This document shows, in pieces, positions 35,186 through 42,221 of a stretch of 64,000 bases of DNA. The stretch comes from Litorivicinaceae bacterium. Its GTDB lineage: Bacteria > Pseudomonadota > Gammaproteobacteria > Pseudomonadales > Litorivicinaceae. Under the pieces are notes generated by a model. It saw only the letters and a list, made by a program, of their open reading frames with translations, did not search any database and was not told the DNA's origin. The position numbers were made by a program, and so were the translations under genes. Location: NCBI GenBank assembly GCA_965659195.1, contig CBFHVZ010000006.1:2076-66075 (forward strand). Reading direction: 5' to 3'. Position 1 is the first letter of the stretch; each line of letters starts with the position of its first letter.

Positions 35186-35709
35186 TGGCCTACTCCCAAT
35201 CCCGCTAATATTCGTTTCACCACCGCGTTGGGGCTGGCCCGTCCGGTGGACACCTGCACGCCTGCGCACTCCGCATACCAAGGCTCGCGCTCAGTCGCCA
35301 TGGCACGCAATTTCGCCTTAGGGTCGTCGACTTGCAATAGAGGACGGCCCTTATCGTGCCTCAGGCGCTCGTACTGCGTTTTCAAATCCACTTTCAACCA
35401 AATAACCGATGGCTTATGTGCCGATAATATGGCTCGATTTTCAGGGCGCACAACGACACCGGCTCCGGTCGACAATACGATGCCCGGCCGATCAATCAGA
35501 TCTACCAGCGCCTTGGATTCACGATCACGAAAGCCAATCTCGCCTTCCACATCGAAGATCCACGGAATGTCTGCACCCGATCGCGCTTCGATCTCCTCGT
35601 CCAAATCGATGAATACGAGATTCAATGACGTGGCCAATAAACGTCCCACAGTGGTCTTGCCGGCGCCGGTCGGGCCGATCAAAAAATAACTGGTCGCACT
35701 GGACGTCAT
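35182..35709 (-). CDS. aroK: shikimate kinase
   Basis: P-loop LIGPTGAGKTTVGR. 175 aa, immediately upstream of aroB. Confidence 0.92.
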   Translation of the reverse strand: MTSSATSYFLIGPTGAGKTTVGRLLATSLNLVFIDLDEEIEARSGADIPWIFDVEGEIGFRDRESKALVDLIDRPGIVLSTGAGVVVRPENRAILSAHKPSVIWLKVDLKTQYERLRHDKGRPLLQVDDPKAKLRAMATEREPWYAECAGVQVSTGRASPNAVVKRILAGLGVGQ

Positions 35710-35720
35710 GGAACCTCTGA

Positions 35721-36869
35721 TTATAGGACGCGGGGTGTAATGAATATTAACAGCTCTGACTTAAAGGAACGATGCTCTGTTGAGCGAAAGGCCCGGCCTA
35801 ACAAGGGAATGGCCGATAACCCAGGCACCCCGGTGGTTATTTCTTCTTCTTTGGATTCATAGATGCCGCCCAAGACCAGAGTTTGCCCAGGGTCGACCGT
35901 AACTCGTGTGTTCAGCTCGCGCGTATCGATTGCAGGCCCTTGCGCGGTGCTCAACTGACTGACCTGGTCTTGGCGAATATCGAGCGTCATTTCGATCCGA
36001 CCATCTTCCCGCAGAATGGGCGTGACCTTGAGTTCCAAAACCGCATCCTTGAATTCAGTCCGACTTTGACCGTTTTGGTCAACGGTGACAAACGGCAATT
36101 GCTCTCCCTGTCGAATGGTGGCCGGCCGTCGGTTGCTGGTCACAATCCTCGGCTCGGAGATCACTTCCCCACCGCCGGTGGCTTCGATGGCTTGCAGCTC
36201 CAATGCCAACAGCCGTGGATCCGACACAAAGGCTAAGGAAAGTGCCCCGGCAGAGGGATCCGGTGGCGAGCCTGAGGTTCGCCCAGAGACCCCGCTTCGC
36301 CCATTCTTACCGGTGGCGAACGACCATTGCACACCGAGTGCTTGTCGCACCTGTGTGTCCATTGAGACCAGCTTCGCCTCAATCAGAATTTGTGAGACCT
36401 CTACATCCAGCACCTGAACCAAGGCCGCCACTGCTTTGACTTGAGCCACATCCCCCGTGACCACAATCCGGTTGGTGTCCGGGTCGGCCACCAAAGCCAG
36501 CGACGCCTGATTACCCCAGCCCGCGTCCGTTAACAGATTTAAGATTTCAGTCGCTTCACGGTGTCTTAGCTCAAACACCTTGAGTTCTTGTTCTGCAACC
36601 ACCGTTTGGAGTCTCCAGGCCACCGGACCGCCCCCAACCGTTAAGCCATGAAATTCTGCGATGGCCCGCAGAGCGGCCTCGGGTGTGCCGGTATCAATGG
36701 AGAGCGTCGTCGGCGCCTTTTGAAATCCCGGAGGCACGGCCACAGACCAGCCGGTTTCAGAAACCAAGGCCGCCACCACATCAGACAACGGCTGGTCAGT
36801 CACGCGAAGCTCGAGTGCCCCGACCTGACCGGCCCACAGCCAACATAGAAAAAAGATGCCCTGTCTCAT
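35721..36869 (-). CDS. short secretin of the PilQ/HofQ/ComE type
   Basis: Signal peptide MRQGIFFLCWLWAGQVGA, then N0/N1-like domains. C-terminal secretin domain ends GVPGLSAIPLLGRAF...ELLIFITPRVL. ATG 36869 forms an ATGA overlap with the upstream stop. At 382 aa it is about half the size of a classical PilQ. Confidence 0.8.
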   Translation of the reverse strand: MRQGIFFLCWLWAGQVGALELRVTDQPLSDVVAALVSETGWSVAVPPGFQKAPTTLSIDTGTPEAALRAIAEFHGLTVGGGPVAWRLQTVVAEQELKVFELRHREATEILNLLTDAGWGNQASLALVADPDTNRIVVTGDVAQVKAVAALVQVLDVEVSQILIEAKLVSMDTQVRQALGVQWSFATGKNGRSGVSGRTSGSPPDPSAGALSLAFVSDPRLLALELQAIEATGGGEVISEPRIVTSNRRPATIRQGEQLPFVTVDQNGQSRTEFKDAVLELKVTPILREDGRIEMTLDIRQDQVSQLSTAQGPAIDTRELNTRVTVDPGQTLVLGGIYESKEEEITTGVPGLSAIPLLGRAFRSTEHRSFKSELLIFITPRVL

Positions 36870-37594
36870 CGAACCACCTGACTCAGGCAACTGCTGCCAA
36901 TGACGCTTTTCAAAACCAATCGATCGCTATGCACACCGACCAGCCGCCAGTCCTGGTCCAACCACTCCCCCAACCGAATCCGCTGAATTGACGCGTGATC
37001 CTGTACCCACAGCACATCACCCAATCGACTCACTGCATGGGCCTTGGGGCAGGACAACGCACCGCCGAAGGGCACTGCGACAATCTCTCCGAAACGCGAT
37101 GGCCCGGCATATCGAATCAGCGGAGGTCGCGCCGCCAGAACGGCCTGAATCGAGGCCCCTTCAGAGCGCATCTCGATATCGATGGACGACAGTACCAGTC
37201 CATGGACAAGTCCAGCCAAATCATACAAACCGGTCCACACCCGCTCTGGGTCTCCGGTGAGCGTAAATCGCCACTCGCCGGCCTCAGCACGGGCATCGAG
37301 CACAGAGGCACCGCTGTTCTCTAACCACGCTGTGGCTAGGGTTAGATCCACCTCAATCATTTCGCGCTCTATCGCGTCTATGTTTGCCTGATCGGTGGCA
37401 ATTTGGCGTCGCCACTGTTCGATTTGGAGAGATGCGGCCTCTATCTGATTAACCACTCGCAGTTTCTCGACGTAGTGAGAAAATGCCGGCTCAACAAATA
37501 GCGCCCCGGCTGTCGCCACAGACAAACAAAACCAAACCACCAGCACGGTAATCGTGTGCTTCACCACCCAAATCCTCTGCCTTGGATCACTCAT
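36866..37594 (-). CDS. hypothetical membrane protein, PilO/HofO-like N-half apparently fused to a PilP/HofP-like C-half
   Basis: TM helix ITVLVVWFCLSVATAGALF plus coiled coil (QIEAASLQIEQWRRQIATDQANIDAIEREM) plus an alpha/beta region, as in PilO. The last ~80 aa (AVSRLGDVLWVQDHASIQRIRLGEWLDQDWRLVGVHSDRLVLK) resemble the PilP beta-domain pattern. ATG 37594 overlaps the upstream stop by 8 nt. Confidence 0.5.
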   Translation of the reverse strand: MSDPRQRIWVVKHTITVLVVWFCLSVATAGALFVEPAFSHYVEKLRVVNQIEAASLQIEQWRRQIATDQANIDAIEREMIEVDLTLATAWLENSGASVLDARAEAGEWRFTLTGDPERVWTGLYDLAGLVHGLVLSSIDIEMRSEGASIQAVLAARPPLIRYAGPSRFGEIVAVPFGGALSCPKAHAVSRLGDVLWVQDHASIQRIRLGEWLDQDWRLVGVHSDRLVLKSVIGSSCLSQVVR

Positions 37595-38072
37595 CGATAC
37601 GCAGTGCAATCACAACGCCAGCGTCGGTGGCATGAATCGACTCAGGACGCATCTTTGACCAGCCCGGCGAAGCCTGCAAAACCGACAGCGACCCCACCTG
37701 AACGCGGATCCGGGTGGTCTCTGTGTGATCGTGAAGCGCCAACAATCTCAGTGGCACCCCTTGAATCGCGTCCAATAAGCGAGCGCGACGTAATGCCAGA
37801 GTGTCTGCAGCCTGGAGGGTTGCCTCTGCCGCTTGGTGATGTACCGACAGTTGGTCATGCAGCTGTCGGACTGTGTCACTTAAACTCTGATGCGTCTTGG
37901 AGAGCGTCTGCCATTCATCGAGGCGGTCTGGCACTGCCTGCGACAAGGCGTGTAAAGCCATCACCACAGACCCCGTCACAGTGGCGACACTCAAAGACAA
38001 CCAAAGCGACCATCGCCCCAGCCATCGAAGCCGAGTCCGGGACGCTCTTTTTCGCCAGTCAACGAGATTCAC
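37587..38072 (-). CDS. PilN/HofN-like fimbrial assembly protein
   Basis: N-terminus MNLVDWRKR matches the conserved PilN INLLPWR motif. It is followed by one TM helix (WSLWLSLSVATVTGSVVMAL) and a coiled-coil/periplasmic domain. GTG start overlaps the upstream gene by 14 nt. Confidence 0.65.
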   Translation of the reverse strand: MNLVDWRKRASRTRLRWLGRWSLWLSLSVATVTGSVVMALHALSQAVPDRLDEWQTLSKTHQSLSDTVRQLHDQLSVHHQAAEATLQAADTLALRRARLLDAIQGVPLRLLALHDHTETTRIRVQVGSLSVLQASPGWSKMRPESIHATDAGVVIALRIDE

Positions 38073-38634
38073 CGCACACCGGTATTTTTAATGCCAGGGA
38101 GTCGTTGTATCCCTCGGGTACCATCACACCTTCACGGTTCGCCCATTGCTCGAGACCGAGTAATGAAGGATTCCGCCATGCCCCCAACGCGCACACCGTC
38201 GACTGATGCCAATGGGCCGCATAAGCAACCCCTTCCGCCCCAATCCAGGCATAAACGCCTGGCGCTTCGCCGGCAAGCACCCATTCTGCTTCGGGGATGA
38301 CGGCGTGCGTGCGCGGGGACTCCAAAAAAGGGGCGAGCCATTGCAAGCCAGGCACGGTCAGCCCCGCCACCACCTGATGCCACCGACCCTCCGATTGCAC
38401 CCAGGCCACGTCGTGACCGCGCTCTATGGCAACGGATTTAGGATTCCCCTCGACCGCCACCCAATGCCGTTCGACCCAGTATTCCGCTACCACCCAAGTG
38501 ACCACGGCATCATCCAACTGGGCCAGCAAGGCCATCGGGTCGTTTAGGGGCCAAGACTCAGCCTCGTCCCCTTGCCCAATCACCACGCGATCGGATAGCC
38601 AATATGCGATCCGCGTGTGCTTTGTCTCAGACAT
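38059..38634 (-). CDS. hypothetical Trp-rich protein in the PilM/HofM position
   Basis: First gene of the cluster, with GGGAGGA 7 nt upstream of the ATG. At 191 aa it is about half the size of PilM. It shows only weak resemblance to actin-like phosphate motifs (RIAYWLSDRVVIG; GVYAWIGAEGVAYAAHWH). I count 13 Trp in 191 residues. Confidence 0.4.
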   Translation of the reverse strand: MSETKHTRIAYWLSDRVVIGQGDEAESWPLNDPMALLAQLDDAVVTWVVAEYWVERHWVAVEGNPKSVAIERGHDVAWVQSEGRWHQVVAGLTVPGLQWLAPFLESPRTHAVIPEAEWVLAGEAPGVYAWIGAEGVAYAAHWHQSTVCALGAWRNPSLLGLEQWANREGVMVPEGYNDSLALKIPVCGESR

Positions 38635-38741
38635 TGGAATTCCTCCCTTTGCTCACAGCGAAGCAGGAAAATGACGTCGGTCAACTCGGTATTGGACTTT
38701 GATTTTAGGTACACTGCGGGCTTGGACTGGACGGGACTACT

Positions 38742-41165
38742 GTGAAAAGCACTTTCAGATTATTCACCGGCGTTGCAATCGCAGGCGTGGCTTTCACGCT
38801 GTTTGTCTTGATCGGCGGCTACCTGTATCTGAAGCCTGGCCTGCCCGATGTCGAGTCCTTGCGTACAGTCCAGCTGCAAACCCCCTTGCAAGTTTTCTCA
38901 CGCGACGGACTGCTGATCGCCCAATTCGGTGAAAAACGCCGCGACCCGGTCAGCATCAATGAGGTGCCTGTCGATTTGGTCAAAGCATTTTTAGCAGCCG
39001 AGGATGACAACTTCAGAGACCACGTTGGCATTGATCTTTTGGGTCTGGGTCGTGCGGCATGGCAACTGGTCTCGAGCGGTCAAATTCAGTCCGGTGGCTC
39101 CACCATTACGATGCAGGTCGCGAAAAACTATTTCTTGAGTCACGAACGCACCTTTGCCCGTAAGTTCCGGGAGATTTTGTTGGCACTTGAGATCGAAAAA
39201 GCGCTGACTAAAGACGAAATCCTTGAGCTCTATTTCAACGTCATTTTCTTGGGTCACCGCGCTTATGGGGTCAATGCTGCCGCTGAAATTTATTACGGCA
39301 AACCCCTCGATGAGCTGACACTCGCGCAATCGGCCATGATTGCCGGATTGCCGAAGGCCCCCTCGAAATACAATCCGATTGCCAATCCCGTACGCGCTAA
39401 AGAGCGACGAGATTGGATTCTGGGGCGGATGCTGAAGCTCGACTACATCTCAGAGGCGGATTACCAAGCAGCGATTGATCAGCCTGTGACCGCCCGGCTG
39501 CATGGCATACAACTCGATTTAAGCGCCCCCTATGTGGCAGAAGAAGCGCGCCGTATCGCACTTGAGATTTTCAACGACGATGCATACACCGACGGCCTGA
39601 GGGTCTTCACCACCATCGACGGCCAAGCCCAAAAATCCGCGCAAAATGCCGTAGTGACAGGCCTTTTGGAGTACGACCGCCGCCATGGTTGGCGTGGGGT
39701 TGAAGCGACTTTAGAGGGGGTGAACCCAACCGATTGGCTGGCTCAGTTACAACCCATCACCCGAATCGGCCCCTTAGCACCTGCCGTGGTCACCGAGGTC
39801 TCTGAGGACCAAATTACCGCGCTACTGAAAACAGGGGAAACCGTGCAAATTAGCCGGACAGGCTTTCGTTGGGCGCGCGCCTATCGCAGTGTCAACAGCG
39901 TAGGCGATTCCGTCAGTGACGCCCGGACCTTGGTGTCCCCAGGTGACCTAATTCGTGTGGTCCAAGAGGGAAGCCAATGGTGGCTGGCGCAAAATCCAGA
40001 CGTAGAAGCCGGTTTCGTTGCTCTCGACCCGCAAAACGGGGCGATTCGCGCCATGGTCGGTGGCTTTAATTATTTTGAATCCAAGTTCAACCGAGCCATC
40101 CAAGGCGGACGGCTCGTCGGATCAGGCTTTAAGCCGCTGATCTACAGCGCGGCCTTGGAGGCCGGCATGACCCCGGCCACCTTAGTCAACGACGCACCCG
40201 TGGTGTTTGACCAAACGGAAGCAGCAACCGACTGGCGCCCGCAAAATTCCAGCGGCACGTTCCTCGGACCGACACGGCTTCGGACGGCCCTTTATCGGTC
40301 TCGCAACCTGGTGTCAGTGCGTTTGGTACGGGAACTTGGCATCAATCGGGTGATGGAAATCGCTGACCGATTTGGGCTTGAACGAGACAAGCTGCCACGG
40401 GATCTGTCGATTTCCTTAGGGACCGCCTCGCTGACCCCAGTGGAAATGGCTGAAGTCTATGCCGTCTTTGCCAATGGCGGTTATCGAGTTCGTCATCACT
40501 TAATCGACCGAATTGAATCCGCCGATGGCGCAGTGCTTTACCAAACTGAGCCGGTCAGCGTGTGCAAAGCAGAATGCGAAGGCCGTCAGATATCCGTGGA
40601 TCTCAATTTCGATAACCGCTTAAAGCCGGTCTCTTCGGACTTATTTGTGATCGAACCTACGCCCCGCATCGCGCCCCGCGTTTTGGATGCACGCATCCAG
40701 TTTTTAATGCACGACATGCTCCGCGATGTGGTCCTCCAAGGAACTGCAAAACGAGCATTGGAACTGGGCCGACAAGATTTGGCTGGAAAAACTGGCACCA
40801 CCAACGACCAATTTGACGCCTGGTTTAACGGCTACCACCCCACACTTGTCTCCTCGGTATGGGTCGGCTTCGACCAGCCTAAAACGCTAGGGCGGGCCGA
40901 GTATGGTGGACGAGCCGCTTTGCCGATTTGGATCGAGTTCATGCGCGACGCACTTGAAGGCGTTCCAGAGACACCTTGGCCTATGCCACCCGGGGTGGTT
41001 GCAACGCGCATTGATCCGGTGACCGGCGCCAAAGCTCGCGCGTCTCAGAAGGAGACGTTGCGCGAGTTTTTCCTATTGGAGAACCCACCCAAAGACCCTG
41101 CCCCCGATGCACTGATCGGGCCGGACGGTGACTCAGCGATCACTTCGCCTCAGCAGCTTTTTTAA
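38742..41165 (+). CDS. mrcA: penicillin-binding protein 1A (bifunctional glycosyltransferase/transpeptidase)
   Basis: GT51 motifs EDDNFRDHVGID and GGSTITMQVAKN. Transpeptidase motifs SGFK (SxxK) and KTGTTND. 807 aa, divergent from the pil/hof cluster as ponA is in Pseudomonas and E. coli. GTG start. Confidence 0.92.
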   Translation: MKSTFRLFTGVAIAGVAFTLFVLIGGYLYLKPGLPDVESLRTVQLQTPLQVFSRDGLLIAQFGEKRRDPVSINEVPVDLVKAFLAAEDDNFRDHVGIDLLGLGRAAWQLVSSGQIQSGGSTITMQVAKNYFLSHERTFARKFREILLALEIEKALTKDEILELYFNVIFLGHRAYGVNAAAEIYYGKPLDELTLAQSAMIAGLPKAPSKYNPIANPVRAKERRDWILGRMLKLDYISEADYQAAIDQPVTARLHGIQLDLSAPYVAEEARRIALEIFNDDAYTDGLRVFTTIDGQAQKSAQNAVVTGLLEYDRRHGWRGVEATLEGVNPTDWLAQLQPITRIGPLAPAVVTEVSEDQITALLKTGETVQISRTGFRWARAYRSVNSVGDSVSDARTLVSPGDLIRVVQEGSQWWLAQNPDVEAGFVALDPQNGAIRAMVGGFNYFESKFNRAIQGGRLVGSGFKPLIYSAALEAGMTPATLVNDAPVVFDQTEAATDWRPQNSSGTFLGPTRLRTALYRSRNLVSVRLVRELGINRVMEIADRFGLERDKLPRDLSISLGTASLTPVEMAEVYAVFANGGYRVRHHLIDRIESADGAVLYQTEPVSVCKAECEGRQISVDLNFDNRLKPVSSDLFVIEPTPRIAPRVLDARIQFLMHDMLRDVVLQGTAKRALELGRQDLAGKTGTTNDQFDAWFNGYHPTLVSSVWVGFDQPKTLGRAEYGGRAALPIWIEFMRDALEGVPETPWPMPPGVVATRIDPVTGAKARASQKETLREFFLLENPPKDPAPDALIGPDGDSAITSPQQLF

Positions 41166-41916
41166 AGGGGACTTCCACGTTATTTGGGTGCAACACCCGA
41201 AGACGCCAGGGCGTTTCGCTTCGATGGGGTTTAGAAGCTCTGCCGACCCAACCCCTCACTCGGACCTGCTCACCCGTCGCTGGGATCGCTAAATCACGAA
41301 GCCACTCGACGCGCAGGCGCTCATCCAAAATGACAGCTGGGGTTCGACCCTGTTCAATACGTGTCACCTGTCCCACCAGATCCTGAAAACCACCCAAGTC
41401 ATCCAGCTCACTGAGTGAGAGCGGCAAGACATCGAGGGCCCAGACCCCATGCTTCAGAGTTTGCGCACGCACTTCATGTTCTCGCAGACAGTTAGCGAGG
41501 CGGACATTAGGCGGGACCTGAACCGACAAGGCCAATCCATCGCCGACCAAATGCTCTGCCACATAGGACTCACCGAGCCAAATATTAGCAAGTAGGCGGC
41601 CGTATCGATCGGTGGGGGCAGGCCAGGGGGTCAGTTGAATGGACCGAGGCACCATGGCTTCGACGCGGCCCCTCGCCTGGCGCGCATATCGGCCTTGCCA
41701 TCCTGTGGACTTCATCTCAAAGGCATTAATGCCCACCAATCGGACTCGCTCCCCAGTTTCGAGACGCACGGTATCACCGTCTGTGACTTGGCTCACAAAC
41801 ATAGGGGGCGAGATAGATTGAGGGGGTGGGCAGGCTGCGTGTACCGCAGCCGAGAGTGAACAGACAGCCCAAAGTACTGCCTGCCATCGACGCTTACTTA
41901 GAGATGGTACGACCAC
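41140..41916 (-). CDS. secreted thermonuclease (staphylococcal nuclease/SNase-like) family protein
   Basis: SNase motifs [24 protein letters not shown]. The in-frame signal peptide [21 protein letters not shown] can only be reached from GTG at 41916, inside the rpmE 3' end. An alternative ATG at 41802 would remove the signal peptide. The track ORF up to 42054 runs across rpmE and is an artefact. Confidence 0.65.
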   Translation of the reverse strand: MVVPSLSKRRWQAVLWAVCSLSAAVHAACPPPQSISPPMFVSQVTDGDTVRLETGERVRLVGINAFEMKSTGWQGRYARQARGRVEAMVPRSIQLTPWPAPTDRYGRLLANIWLGESYVAEHLVGDGLALSVQVPPNVRLANCLREHEVRAQTLKHGVWALDVLPLSLSELDDLGGFQDLVGQVTRIEQGRTPAVILDERLRVEWLRDLAIPATGEQVRVRGWVGRASKPHRSETPWRLRVLHPNNVEVPFKKAAEAK

Positions 41917-42109
41917 CGAAGCGCTTATTAAACCGATCGATTCGACCGCCGGTGTCGAGTACTTTCTGCTTGCCGGTGTAGAACGGGTGGCAGTCTTGGC
42001 ATACGTCCACAGTGAAGTCCTCGCCCTTGGTAGAACGGGTTTCGTAGACGGCACCGCACGAGCAGGTTACCTTCACGTTTGAATAGGCTGGATGAATATC
42101 CGCTTTCAT
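41894..42109 (-). CDS. rpmE: 50S ribosomal protein L31 (Zn-binding type A)
   Basis: MKADIHPAY..., with CSCG and [13 protein letters not shown] cysteine pairs. 71 aa. Confidence 0.95.
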   Translation of the reverse strand: MKADIHPAYSNVKVTCSCGAVYETRSTKGEDFTVDVCQDCHPFYTGKQKVLDTGGRIDRFNKRFGGRTISK

Positions 42110-42221
42110 CTGATTTATCCTCTGTCATCGGATGCCGCCGTCCTGACCGCATTAGGCGCCAGGTACCGCATCCAGTATGGGCGGCGGAGTCTATCAAAGT
42201 CTTTGGTCTGCACGGAAGCCT

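Noticed and set aside
37556-38206. 216-aa plus-strand ORF antisense to the pil/hof-like genes
   Set aside because: I considered it because the minus-strand genes here are poorly conserved. However, the product is Pro/Ser/Arg/His-rich and low-complexity with no RBS. It also spans three minus-strand ORFs that show coupled overlaps, TM helices and a PilN motif.
33306-42054. P-loop ATPase (33306..34121) plus nuclease (41140..41916) as parts of a defence system
   Set aside because: The two genes are 7 kb apart and separated by conserved housekeeping genes (aroB, aroK, the pil/hof cluster, mrcA). Each occupies a slot that is syntenic with Pseudomonas or E. coli. No other defence-type domains are nearby.
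41917-42054. 5' part of track ORF 41140..42054 (304 aa)
   Set aside because: This stretch runs through the rpmE coding sequence in another frame. rpmE (L31) is unambiguous, so the nuclease must start at or downstream of 41916.
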